Assembly: GCA_965644265.1 (NCBI GenBank)
Contig: OZ286466.1
Coordinates: forward strand, 19,902,001 to 19,966,000
Length of the DNA stretch: 64,000 bases
Direction: 5' to 3'
Origin: Glycera tridactyla
Taxonomy: Eukaryota
In this document: positions 1 through 13,273 of the stretch, piece after piece
Numbering within the stretch: position 1 is the first letter of the stretch
Layout of the letters: each line of letters opens with the position of its first letter
Program-made: the position numbers and the translations under genes
Notes under the pieces: model-generated
Database searches by the model: none
The model's input: the letters and a program-made list of their open reading frames with translations, nothing else
Told to the model about the DNA's origin: nothing

Positions 1-300
1 CACCACCATCGCCACCACCACCACCACCACCCACCATCACCAACACCACCACCACCCCTCCTCATCACCACCACCCTCACCACCACCACCCCACCACCAC
101 AACCACCCCCTCACCACCACTGCCACTGCCACCATCACCACAACCCTCACCACCACCACCCTCACCACCACCACCATCACCACCCTCACAACCACCACCA
201 CCACCACATTCCCCCCCACCCCACCACCACTACTCCCAACCTCACCCCCGCCACCACCACCATCCTTATCATCATCATCACCACCACCACCACCACCCCT
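1..300. repeat. Degenerate (CAC)n/(CAT)n trinucleotide microsatellite
   Basis: Continuous caccaccat/caccac runs; the 37..219 poly-Val ORF is an artefact of this tract. Confidence 0.95.
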
Positions 301-779
301 TTGATTATCATTGCCAAGCGTATCTCTGTTATTGTCTCGATTACAGCCTCTAAGAGATGGGTTGGCGATGATGACGACGACGACGGCGACGACGACGACA
401 GTCTGTCTCCACAGTTTTAAGGTTCCTGCACTCGTCCCCTCCCTTTTCCTCTCCCCGCTCCCGACATAGCGACGCCTGCCATTGTTACGTCATGATTGCG
501 GGTCCTGACAATCACTTGATGACGTCACAGTACCCGGAGCCTCCACAAAGAAGTTCAGAGATCATTGGCTTAATTATTCAAAATGGCGGACGTCGGACCA
601 AAAATCCCACGCAAATCAGCATTTTCCGCAGAAATTGAGGCACTTCCTCAGTTTTCAATATTTCAACAAAAACTACGTATATAGTGGGTTAGATCGATAC
701 CAGGATCGGCCAGATCGGTGTAGAAATGAATGAGGAGTTGCGAGGACATCACCGGCATTTTCCGGTATTATATACATTG

Positions 780-910
780 ATAGTAGTAATAATAATGATG
801 ATAATCATAATAATCATGATGATAGAAAAGATAATAATAGAAATGATGATAATGATAATCATAATAGTAATAATAAAATAATAATAATGATAATTATAAC
901 AATAATAATA
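780..910. repeat. (AAT/GAT)n microsatellite adjoining the 3' tail of the LINE
   Basis: taataataatgatgataat runs ending in cttacttact at 911-920. Confidence 0.9.
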
Positions 911-2785
911 CTTACTTACTTGTGATACTTGTGATGGTTTTCGGGATCAGTCCCGCGGTGGCCATGGGTGGCCGCCTCTCATGGAAGATGCTTCGATATC
1001 TTCCTCCCATCTGGCATGAGATGGGGCTGCACGTAGACTTGCCATATCCACAAGACTGTTTGTCTCTGCTCTCCTTTGGGCAGTGTAGCCTTGTAGTTGT
1101 GGTTCATCTGGTACAGTTTTTAGATAACTATCCAGTGCTGCCTTCATCTGGTCTACCGTACAGTTGGTCAGATTTCGGATTCCAGCAGGTAGGATGTTGA
1201 ATAGCCTTGGGCCATGGACAGCAAGGCTGGCATGTCTCTGATTGTATATGTAGGCTGGGGCATTTCGGCTGATGTGAGGGACAATACATGTGCGACCTCG
1301 TCTGATGTGCTGGGTGGGCTGGATCCCTCCTTCAGTGTCACCACTGAAATTTGGTACCTGTCCTTCCAGGATTCGCCATGTGTATATTATGCGATACCTC
1401 TCTTGCCGTCGCTGTAGAGAGTACAAGCCAAGTTTCTGTAGCTGTTCCCAGTAGTCTAAGTGCTGGATTCCGTCGATCTTCCTGATGAATGATTTCTGGA
1501 CTTGCTCCAGAGCTTGGATATCACCCTTTGCGGCAGGTGACCACAGTTGACTGCAATAGTCCAGCTTCGAGAGCACTAGCGATTTCCAGAGTGTCAACAT
1601 GAGGCTGGCCTTTCGGGATTTGAAAGTTCTCAATATCCATCCACACAGATTCCTCGCAGTTTCCACTAAATTAGTTATATGAGTCTTGAAGTTAACATCA
1701 CAGTCTAGTATAACTCCAAGGTCTCTGATACAGTTCTTAACTATGATTTTACTGCCTGTGTTAGATGTGTAAGACGTGCTATTCTGCAGAGCTTTGTTTT
1801 GGCCATATCTTATGCATTCAAATTTGTCACAGTTGAATTGCATATTGTTTTCAACTGCCCACTGGTATATAGCACAAAGATCAGCCTGGAGTTCTGCTGA
1901 GTCACTTTCACTGGAGATACTCCGTCCAATTCTTGTGTCATCAGCGAAGCTTGACACAAATGAAGAGGTGACATCTTGGTCAATGCCACCAATCAACACC
2001 AGGAACAGAAGGGGTCCTAGAACTGATCCCTGAGGGACCCCAGATTTCACCTCAGTTTTCACAGATCTCAACCCATTCACCACAACTGATTGAGTCCGGC
2101 CAGTCAGGAAACAGTGTATCCATTGTCCCAGCTTGCCTGAGATGCCTAGATCCTTCAGTTTTCTCATTGTGATGAGGAAATCAACCTTATCAAACGCTTT
2201 GGCAAAATCGAGATATAAAACATCTACATTCTTTCCTGCTTCCAAGTACTGTAGGATTTTGTCGAAGTGGGCAATAAGTTGGCTGAGGCATGACCTTCCA
2301 CCACGAAATCCATGTTGGCTTGGGTTAAGGAGATTTTTTTCTTCAAGATAGCATACTAGATACTTTCTTATGACTTTCTCAAACACTTTGATGATATGTG
2401 ATGTCAGGGCCACAGGTCTGTATTGCTTAGCGAGTCCATGGCTGCCTCCTTTATGTATTGGTACGATATCTGCTGCTTTCATAATGTCCGGGATAGTACC
2501 ATTATCTAGGGATTTCTGCCATATCATATACAATGGCCGTGACAGCGCTTCACAGCAGTTCTTTAGGAGAATCGCTGGGAAGGTGTCAGGTCCAGCAGCT
2601 GCATTTGGGCGGAGCTCTCTAATAGCATTTTGTATATCCTCTTCATCAAAAGGGATAATGTGGAGATGTGGTTCGCTTAATCCTTCATCATCTGGAAAAA
2701 CCACTCGCGCCTCCTTCATGGGCTCACTAGGGTCACTGAAAACAGATGTGTACTGGGAAACAAGAATGTCTGCCATCTGTGTCAT
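911..2785 (-). mobile_element. 5'-truncated non-LTR retrotransposon (CR1-like), uninterrupted 612-aa reverse transcriptase ORF (947-2785)
   Basis: RT motifs AAGPDT, YRPVALTS, QHGFRGGRSC, YLDFAKAFDKV, GVPQGSVLGPLLF, FADD. C-terminal LDYCSQLWSP and LGLYSLQRRQERY are typical of CR1-group ORF2. No endonuclease domain; short (AAGT)n/(TTA)n tail. Clade assignment is from motif recall. Confidence 0.93.
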
Positions 2786-3319
2786 CTAATAATGATGATA
2801 ATAATGATAATAATAATGATAATGATAAAAACAACATCCATGATAATGTATGGCATTCATATAGCGCCATGGTATCAGAGGCAACCCCTTCTCAAAGGCG
2901 CTTGATACAGATTTTTGACTTCTATGTGATTTTATCTAATTTCCTCATGTCGAATATAGTGATGATCCACTTTATGAAATACATTCAGTCAGTGGATGAG
3001 TTTTCAATCCTCCGATCAGAGGTGAAGACTGAGGCAGTTGCCCGGAAAGAACCTGCTCTGACCCTTCTTATTCAGAATCATTATCAGCTAATCTAGCACA
3101 AGGAGTCATATTTCCGGTCCTGTCATTACCATTTTGACCCTCATTCTCATTCTCACCTTCATCTCCAATATCATTGTAACATTTGTCCTTACTGTGAATC
3201 TCATCATGTCATTGTCTCAACACCATTTTTTTTGAGTTTGTTGAGATGTGTGTATTTGTATAATCGTCCGCCACTCTGTTTCGGCGGTATTTATATCTTT
3301 GTATAGCTAGCTTGGCCTT

Positions 3320-4100
3320 TTCCTTTATTCCATCCATCAATCCATCTATTCATTCATCTATCCATTTGTTCATCCATCCATCCATCTATCCATCGATCAA
3401 TCCATCAAGTCAGCTAGCCAGCCTTATCAATCCATCGANNNNNNNNNNNNNNNNNNNNNNNNNNNNNNNNNNNNNNNNNNNNNNNNNNNNNNNNNNNNNN
3501 NNNNNNNNNNNNNNNNNNNNNNNNNNNNNNNNNNNNNNNNNNNNNNNNNNNNNNNNNNNNNNNNNNNNNNNNNNNNNNNNNNNNNNNNNNNNNNNNNNNN
3601 NNNNNNNNNNNNNNNNNNNCAGTCATTCATCCATCCATCCATCCCACCAGTCATCGATCCGTCGAACCATCCTTCGATCCATCTATNNNNNNNNNNNNNN
3701 NNNNNNNNNNNNNNNNNNNNNNNNNNNNNNNNNNNNNNNNNNNNNNNNNNNNNNNNNNNNNNNNNNNNNNNNNNNNNNNNNNNNNNNNNNNNNNNNNNNN
3801 NNNNNNNNNNNNNNNNNNNNNNNNNNNNNNNNNNNNACCCATCCATTCATCAATCCAACCACCCAACCACTCATTTATCCACCCATCAGTCCATCCATGC
3901 ACCTATCTGTCCCCCCATACATCANNNNNNNNNNNNNNNNNNNNNNNNNNNNNNNNNNNNNNNNNNNNNNNNNNNNNNNNNNNNNNNNNNNNNNNNNNNN
4001 NNNNNNNNNNNNNNNNNNNNNNNNNNNNNNNNNNNNNNNNNNNNNNNNNNNNNNNNNNNNNNNNNNCGCCCACTCATCTACCCATCCATCCATCCACCAG
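3320..4100. repeat. Degenerate (CCAT)n microsatellite region, partly N-masked
   Basis: catccatccatc runs interleaved with N blocks. Confidence 0.9.
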
Positions 4101-5211
4101 CGCCATCATTGGGTATATTGTCAAATACGCATCAGGGGCACGATTCTATTACGACACATACATGCCCCCCCCCCTCCAAGTCAAGCATTGTATGTTGAAG
4201 ATTGAGAAATATATTTCTCACAGTCCTATTGCTGCCCTGCAGCATCAGTCCTAGTCAAGTCTATTTACCGTTGAATGCCATAAGTTTTCTACAGAGTTCT
4301 ATAGCATTTGTCGTCGTGGGCCTAGCTGCCTCTCATGGATTATCTATACCATGCTGGTATTAAGACTGCAACCCGGTGTAGTTTGTTCGTGAGAGATTTT
4401 ATTCTAGGAAGCAATAGACAAGGTCATATCACATGCTATCTTCAAGATTGAAGAATGGTCAACAAAAGACTCTTAATTAAACGAGCAAAAGCAATATTTG
4501 TAGCCCTTTTCACATCAAATAAATAGCTGACATTCGGCTCGAATGTTCATTGTGTTCACCAATCGGGGAGAAGGAGGGAATGCCTAGTAAATACACCTCA
4601 ATGCAGTGACAACATTTTGGAAGCTCCTATTTGAAGCCTCTTGAATATGGTGAGCATAACGGACGTGTACTAGAAGAGGCATTAGCTGAACAACCAAACA
4701 TCCATTAAAAGGCGTGAGATAATCCCCATCACTGCAGACCCGGCTGCGTGCATTGTAATGACGTCACTACTGAGGCAGCTGTGGACTGAATGATTGAGGC
4801 CACTGAGTGATTGTGGGGGTCACATGTCTGAAGGATACTAGAGTGCTTGCGTGTCAGGCAAGCGAATTGCTCGGGTGGCGAACTAGACTCTAACTACTGA
4901 CTAGCGGACAGACAGATGCGTACACCCACGGGAATGCCGCGTACACCCACGGAATGCTGCCCATACTATACCGCGGGCAATGCTGCGTATTTGATACGGC
5001 CGAATTGTCCGTATCGTGTTTCTTGCTCTGAATAAAAACCTTGATACGGTTGAGGTAGCCGAAGATTGAAGCTAGGCAACAATTTATCGTAACGTGTTCA
5101 ATGCATTTTGCGTGACGTATTCTATAGTTCATGCCATCAAAAATGAACAGCTATTTCTCTTGCAAATATTTTGGTTAATCTGATGTCAGAAATCATTAGG
5201 TTTCATTACAT

Positions 5212-5861
5212 AGAACGAGCCCCTATCGTGCATGCACAGTGCCCTAGGTGTGCCCTATAAGGAGCCACTCTCAAAACCCTGGGAGTATGAGACCCTTTCC
5301 GGCTGGGGGTCAATTTTCATTTTGGGTGCATTTCTGGCATATAACGGTTTGGCCCCCCTTTGCTCAAAAAGTGTTGCATAGAACCAGCCCCTATCGTGCA
5401 TGCACTGTGCGCTAGGTGTGCCCTATAAGGCACCACTCTCAAAACCCTGGGAGTATGAGACCCTTTCCAGCTGGGGGTTAATTTTCATTTCTGGTGCATT
5501 TCTGGCATATAAGGGTTTGGCCCCCCTTTGCTCGAAAGGCGTTGCATTGAACGAGCCCCTATCGTGCATGCACAGTGCCCTAGGTGTGCCCTATAAGGAA
5601 CCACTCTCAAAACCCTGGGAGTATGACACCCTATCCGGCTGGGGGTCAATGTTCATTTTGGGTGCATTTCTGGCATATAAGGGTTTGGCCCCCCCTTTGC
5701 TCAAAAAGTGTTGCATAGAACCAGCCCCTATCGTGCATTCACAGTGCCCTAGGTGTGCCCTATAAGGAACCACTCTCAAAACCCTGGGAGTATGGGACCC
5801 TCTCCGGCTGGGGGTCAATTTTCATTTTTGTTGCATTTCTGGCATATAAGGGTTTGGCCCC
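5212..5861. repeat. Tandem satellite, ~168-bp unit, ~3.9 copies
   Basis: Unit gaac(g/c)agcccctatcgtgcatgcacagtgccctaggtgtgccctataagg...gtgttgcat recurs at about 5212, 5380, 5548 and 5717. Confidence 0.95.
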
Positions 5862-6214
5862 TGGAATACGCCAGAGCCGGATGTGAACCGGATCGTTGTT
5901 CGTGTTGTGTCTGGCAACAAAATGTTTGAATGCAACTTTATGCTGAAACCGAACGACAGGGACCCTCCAAATAGTGTCACTGCTCTTACAAACTGTCCCC
6001 TTCTTGTGAAGTTCTGAGCAGCTAGGCACCTAAATGATCTCATGATGTGCAAAACAGTGTTCATTCTTCAGGTTTTCATTTGCATTTCAGGTTCCAACTT
6101 GAAGGAGGTTGAGTAGTAACCTTTAGCTTGGTACAGGCATTGACAGGTGAGACCAGTAGGTCATGCAAATACACTTTTCTACAGGGACAACAAACTCAAT
6201 CGTCATCTTAGTCA

Positions 6215-6620
6215 CCATTCAGGTTTGTTTGTTTGTGTGTTTGAGGTAGGACAGCATGTATCAAACTAGAAGGTTATGTATGTCGTGTGTTCCTGGTCAA
6301 TGAATGCTAGCCGTTCTCTACCCTGAAGATATAACTCTCTCAATTCAGAACACAAGATGATGGGGAACCTCAAGCGTTTTCAAGTTGGAGTAGCTGACAG
6401 TTCAGACACACCTCTAACTCCTGATAATGAACACAGTAAACCCAAAGATGGCATACCCAACTATGTAACTAACTGGAAGCTGACACTGAAGCCTGATAGC
6501 TATGCTTTTATTTTGCAATGCACTGCTGAAAACAAGGAAAAGCATTCGATTCGGAAAATACTCAATAATGTGTCTAATTACGAACTGTCAACCAAACAAA
6601 AAGCGAGTACCACTCATTCA
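6215..6620. mobile_element. Interspersed repeat family F1 with (GTTT)n/(CAAA)n terminus, probably a retroelement 3' end
   Basis: Shared gtgttcctggtcaatgaa...gaacacaagatgatggggaacct...gtagctgacagttcagacacacctcta. Same orientation at 48380-48800 and, degenerate, 53130-53290; reverse-complement copies at 61560-61885 and 63700-64000. Confidence 0.75.
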
Positions 6621-8312
6621 CCCGGATTATGAATGCTCCTAATGTTAGCTATCTTTAGAATCATCCCAGTCATCCCAAGTTAAAGTTTAGTGAAGAGTCC
6701 CGGATGAATCAAACTCTTCAAAGGCTCCATAACCTTCATTCCTATATAGTGTATCCATGAGACATCGCTCTGGAGAGGATGACAGCAAGTAGATATACAT
6801 TTCATGGCAATTACATCATGACGCAGATAATATGAGAACATATCCGTATGCTGATCAACATCAGCAATATCAAAATGTACATATTAAAATACATTATGGG
6901 TGTATATAACTGGTCTCAAACACAAGGATATGGTACATGAAAGTCTGATCTCAGAGTAGAACTGTTGAGATTTTCCGCTGATCAGACATGCATGCAGTCA
7001 CAATCGATTGATTTCGACTCTAAGGACAATGCACAGTGGATCCTGTGTCAGGCAATCAATCACCTGTATCGAGCAACCCCATCGGAGGACAGAATTTCAT
7101 TAAAATCACAGATTCTCGAGATGTCATCTCTGGTATTGACAGTGTTGACCACAGTGCCATCCTGTGAGATAAGATAGGTCCACATGGCTTTCACTGAGCC
7201 TATATATGTGTACGTGCGCGCGTGTGTGTATGTGTGCGTCATGCTTGTGCCTATGCGTGTGCGTATGAACGCTTACTGATCTGTGATACAATGACACTCG
7301 TCTGAATTAGTATGCAGAATACACCTGAATAAATATACACTCTCATACGATGACTCGCACTCATTTAAATCACCGGCATCTGTAGTGTGAAGACCGTTGT
7401 AGCCTACAAATGTCAACTCATTCATTGCTTGTGCCATATATCAATCCTCGTGTATGCTATATGCTGGATAAAGCTCAAACTTTCATGTTTGTCGATGGTG
7501 CTTTATGAGATTGCATAGACTTCATCTATTCATTTCATTATGTTTCATATGTTAACCTCGTGTATGCTATATGCTGGATAAAGCCAAGCCTGTGAATTTC
7601 ATGTCTGTGGATGGTGTTTTATGAGAATGCATAGACTTCATCTATTCATTTCATTATCTAAGTGGAAAGCACGGGACCCTCTCCTCCTCGAGTGGTTGAT
7701 GTGTGTGGGGGATGACACTATCGACACAGATAACCCAGTGTCACTAGATGGCTCTGGTGCGACACTAGTGGCTCCGATACAATTTGCTCGCTTTTTGGCT
7801 AGTTAGTAACTAATCTGAGGTACATAGTCCGCACCATTCACCTCAAACTGAGCATGTCTCTCGGGTACTTGTACTCACAGATGATGGTTGCCATCCCATC
7901 CTATCCCAACGATTTGTATTCTAGAGTTCCGTCAAGAAGGTTCAACAAAATAATTTTAACAGTTCGAGGTCCCAATCGTAGTGAACAATGTGTGTTCAGC
8001 ATTCCCCGGACCGGTAGACCTACATACGACTAATTGTATTGCTCTCAAATACCACAAAACAATAAACTGAAATTAGCTTTCTTGATCATCGCCAGTTCGT
8101 GCATCCTTGAATAGGTGGTTCTAGGAATGGAGTCTTCAACGCTGATCAGCAATCCAACAATTGTAACATGTTGTTTGATTATTGACACGGGTGATTTACT
8201 GACAATTATGTTCAAACTAAATTGAAAGGGGTGCCTTCATTTGCTATGGATGGTATGACCCCGATTCCCACTCCATATCCTGATGTGTACTAGCATTGCC
8301 CGATGACGTACG

Positions 8313-8775
8313 TCAGGGTCTTACATCGGCAGTATCCCTTAACTGGATGGGCTGCCAACATAAAGCCAACTGCCAACATAAGACTCTGACAAGCCAGGGT
8401 CTTATATGGGCAGCGATGATTAACTGGAATGACTGCCAAACCCTGGCTTGTCAAGGTCTTATATCGGCAGTTGGCCTTATATTGGACACACCTATTTGAT
8501 GGAATCTACCTGCCCGTGGCCCAATTTCACTGCTAGGTCAAGCCGATCACTCCTACTGCCAACATGAGGCCACCAGTCAAGGTCTTGTATCGGCAGTTGG
8601 CCTTATATGGGACATACCTATTTCCAGGCCAGGAAATCAACTTCTAACCATAAAAACCAGCCTGCCAGCTTAATCTGATGAAATCCACCTGCCCATGACC
8701 CAATCGCACTGCTAGGTCAAGCCGATCACCCCTACTGCCAACATAAGGCCACCATATGGGCAGTTGTTCTTATAT
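8313..8775. repeat. Interspersed repeat family F4 with internal tgccaacataag / gggtcttatat subrepeats
   Basis: Near-identical segments at 12200-12555 and 12830-12925, and inverted at 12970-13180. Confidence 0.85.
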
Positions 8776-10090
8776 GGGAATTGATAACCATTGTGGCAAT
8801 TCTGAAGGTCATTTTTTGTTGCCACTATGTGCCGACGGCTGTGCACTTCTTGACATTTAGCTGGCAGGAGGCAAGGGAGAGCTGGTGGCATATCCGATTA
8901 CAAGCCAGTCTGATAGATCCTGACCCATGGCCACATATCTCCCCTCTTCACACATGCAAGCCATTAATGAATTGAATTGATCAGACAATATCACAGCAAG
9001 ATCCCTTGAAATTATTGTAAGCAGTAAGCAAGAATCCCACTTCTTACATATATAAATTTATCTCTGCGGATCATATCTGTATGTTTTATATATTGGGGCA
9101 ATCTCAATACTCTTTATCTATTCCAGAGGCTGGAGGTAGCGCTAATTAGCCTATATTAAATGAAATATTCGGGACAGGTAGGTGCAAGATGATTGGCTAT
9201 TTTTTCAGTAGATGCTGGCAATCTTCATTGTGAGATGGGACACAAATATGCTGAGGTAATTTGTTCCCATTGATGGTATTGGAAACTGAACATTTGATTG
9301 CGAATGAAGCTTATGAGAGTGTGCTTCGATCCTGGCCACTCCTGTCAGAATACATGCATGCATGCATTCTAACTACATATACACACCTACATATCTAACC
9401 AACCTACTGACCACCCGACAAGCCATTCTGCCACCCAACCAATCAACCAACCAATCACCCACCTACTCAACTATCTATACGCGGACATGCTTGCATGCAT
9501 GCATGCACACATATACTTACACACTTATATGTACATGCTGGCAGGCAGCCAGGCAGGCAGCCAGGCAGGATGGATGGATGGATGAAAGGATGGAAGATCA
9601 ATAGACGGATAGATGGAACACACACTCGAACACACACACACACACACACAAACTCACACACATACTTGAACATACTNNNNNNNNNNNNNNNNNNNNNNNN
9701 NNNNNNNNNNNNNNNNNNNNNNNNNNNNNNNNNNNNNNNNNNNNNNNNNNNNNNNNNNNNNNNNNNNNNNNNNNNNNNNNNNNNNNNNNNNNNNNNNNNN
9801 NNNNNNNNNNNNNNNNNNNNNNNNNNNNNNNNNNNNNNNNNNNNNNNNNNNNNNNNNNNNNNNNNNNNNNNNNNNNNNNNNNNNNNNNNNNNNNNNNNNN
9901 NNNNNNNNNNNNNNNNNNNNNNNNNNNNNNNNNNNNNNNNNNNNNNNNNNNNNNNNNNNNNNNNNNNNNNNNNNNNNNNNNNNNNNNNNNNNNNNNNNNN
10001 NNNNNNNNNNNNNNNNNNNNNNNNNNNNNNNNNNNNNNNNNNAGAGAGGGATAGACAGTGAGAGATAGAGAGAAATAGAGAGAGATAGAA

Positions 10091-10125
<35 letters not shown>

Positions 10126-10764
10126 TAGNNNNNNNNNNNNNNNNNNNNNNNNNNNNNNNNNNNNNNNNNNNNNNNNNNNNNNNNNNNNNNNNNNNNNNNN
10201 NNNNNNNNNNNNNNNNNNNNNNNNNNNNNNNNNNNNNNNNNNNNNNNNNNNNNNNNNNNNNNNNNNNNNNNNNNNNNNNNNNNNNNNNNNNNNNNNNNNN
10301 NNNNNNNNNNNNNTTTTTTTGCTTGGTGCACATATTCACAATGTATCTTGGAGGGTGTTTGATAGGGATGTGGTATTGGTGGGGGTGCTGGGGGGGGGGA
10401 GGCGGTGGCAATATTTCATTATGTACGCCACACAATCAAAATCCAAGAGATCCAATGGCTGATTCATTTCGCCTTGCATTCCTCTGGTGTTTTTTACTGA
10501 AAGCTACAATTTTGAACCTGGTAAAACGGCTGCCAAATGTTGGTCTGATTCAAATCTTGTCGTCCATGGTTATCCTCAAACTTGCCAGGTCGGCTGGTTG
10601 GCTCCGATTTCACGTCACGTCGGCGCCATATTTGCTATATAGATATAGACATCTCCAGCTCAAGTTGAAGCGAATCAATAAAATTTGGAGGCCCATCCTA
10701 TTGATAGTAAATGCAAAGTTTCCACAATGTACCAGGGGAAGGGGATAGCGTCGATACATGTGTG

Positions 10765-10831
<67 letters not shown>

Positions 10832-12560
10832 TGTGCTACGTATCCATCATCCATCCATCCATCCCTCAAACCATTCATCTATCTGACAACAAGGTGTTAC
10901 TGACAGCCAGCTTCATGTAGCGTATTGATCACCATAGACATCTCATGACCATGTGCCTGAACCTGAACGATAGATGTCGGTCATGGCATGTACTGTTAGA
11001 ATGTAGAAATCCAAGGGCAATTTTGTGAAACTTCCAAAATCTCGGTCCTACTTTTGTTTATCCATATCCACTTTCTTCAGCTGTAGTGGTAAGCTACATT
11101 TGTATTTGCCTGTGTTCAATGATATGTTTTCTTGATATGTGCAGGATTTGGGTCCTGTCAAAGTGAGTTTACTTAGCATTTTGACCCATGAAGTCTGTAA
11201 TAGTTCGTTCAGAATGAATGCCAAGATGACCACTGGATGGTTTTCCATAACACAAAAAGTAGCTCCACTTCCTCTGTCGAAAATATGTGATTTTGTTTGA
11301 GGACAGATAGAAGAACACGTATGAGGAATTGTATTCATGTGGCATGGATTTGAGGAAAGTGGATGAAGCTCCATCAATCTGGATGAAGCTAATCTCTTCT
11401 TGTGTCTCAGAACGGGCCTCGTCCTATAGCTGATTCCCGTCATAGCACACAAGGAGTGCACTTTGTACTCTTCTCACAATTGGCAGTTTGACTTTGAGCT
11501 ATATTGGTCTGCCTTACATCCAGGATGTTCAGCTACATATACTCATCAGTGTCACATGCTAATCCCATTCAAGTGCCTGAAATCCTATGAGGCCAGGACG
11601 ATTATCATCTCACCTTCTCAGATTAGAATGGCTCATCCATCATTCAATGGTATCTCAAAAAATAAAGATACCAATGCCCCCCTTTCTGTCTGCATGCCCG
11701 TCCGCCTGCCTGCCTGCCCACCTTATCAGCATTGGATAGTTGGCCATTGGTGAAGTGCTGGCTGGATGCTGACAAATGTCTGGCTGTGTAAAGCTACGTT
11801 CAACATGGCCAGATATGGTTTACAGGTCAGGTGCAAACGAGGAGGGTAGTCGCATCATAGCCACTATGGGACATCTCAGGACGGGACTGTTGCAGTCAGA
11901 CCAGGGGCGATTTAGAGCCCGAGATCAATTCTCAGTGGTGGCTATACTGTTGAACCTACTTGAGAGACCACCTCTGTACAAAGGCCACCTGCCTCAAGGA
12001 CCATCCTGTATGTTGTCATGATTGTATTTTACATGTCTATGAAGACCACCTATTGATGAGACCAAGAATGGTCTTTGAAGACAGCCCTGATTCACGATTC
12101 ATGGCATCTGCTACATTTTGACCAAGAAAGGAATATGTGTGTGTGTGGGGGGGGGGGGTTGATATGCCAGGTAGTCCTCCCTCCCCGCACATCTGTCAGG
12201 ATCTTATATCGGCAGTATCCCTTAACTGGATGCACTGCCAACATAAAGCCAACTGCCAACATAAGACCCTGACAAGCCAGGGTCTTATATGGGCAGCGAT
12301 AATTAACTGGAATAACTGCCAACATAAGGATTGCTGCCCATATACGACCCTGGCTTGTCAAGGTCTTATATGGGACACACCTATTTTCCGGCCAGAGAAT
12401 CAACTTTCAACACTACAAACCCACCTGCCTGCTCACTTTGATGGAATCTACCTGCCCATGGCCCAATCGCACAGCTAGGTCAAGCCGATCACCCCTACTG
12501 CCAAACATGAGGCCTATAGTCAAGGTCTTATATCGGCAGTGAGCTTATATGAGACATACC

Positions 12561-13273
12561 AGTTTGCTTCTATTTGAAGTAGTACTCAAATGGGACTACG
12601 ATCTAGATGATTTACACAATAGACAGCTTGCGAAGAGGAGGAGGGGGGGGGGGCAGACAGACAGACATACCGACAGACACTCCTAGCTGTGCAATCTAAC
12701 GCCTAACACTGGTAGCACCAGTAATATTCAGCAGAATTAGCTACAAGCTAATTATGTGGCAGTCACCGATGATGACGTAACACGGACATCGCGGCCAACT
12801 TGGACGCAATCTGACGTCAAAATTTGGTTACGTCAGGGTCTTATATCGGCAGTATCCCTTAACTGGGTGCGCTGCCAACATAAGGCCAACTGCCAACATA
12901 AGACCCTGATGGGCAGTTGTTCTTATATGATGGAATTTATCAAAGTGAGCTGGCAGGTGGGTTTGTAGGGTTCAAAGTTGATTCTCTGGCCGGGAAATAG
13001 GTGTGTCCCATATAAGGCCAACTGCTGATATAAGAACTTGACAAGCCAGGGTCTTATATGGGCAGCGATCGTAATGTTGGCAGTCATTCCAGTTGATCAT
13101 CGCTGCCCATATAAGACCCTGGCTTGTCAGGGTCTTATGTTGGCAGTTGGCCTTATGTTGGAGGCGCATCCAGTTAAGTGCCCCCCCCCCCTCCGCCTCT
13201 TCGCACGCTGTCTATTGTATGAATCATCTAGATCGTAGTCCCATTTGAGTACTACTTCAAATAGAAACAAACT
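12561..13273. mobile_element. Foldback/MITE-like element with ~94-bp terminal inverted repeats
   Basis: 12561-12654 (agtttgcttctatttgaagtagtactcaaatgggactacgatctagatga...gggggc) is the near-perfect reverse complement of 13180-13273. Confidence 0.8.

Noticed and set aside
6092-6147. Exon-like segment with strong acceptor and GACAG|gtgaga donor
   Set aside because: Stops in all three frames and no link to a gene.
11145-11162. 18-nt segment gcag|GATTTGGGTCCTGTCAAA|gtgagt (DLGPVK) with good splice signals
   Set aside because: It lies upstream of the gene 1 start codon, lacks the duplicated flanks, and I found no upstream anchor exon or catalytic exons to host it. It is at best a UTR exon or chance.
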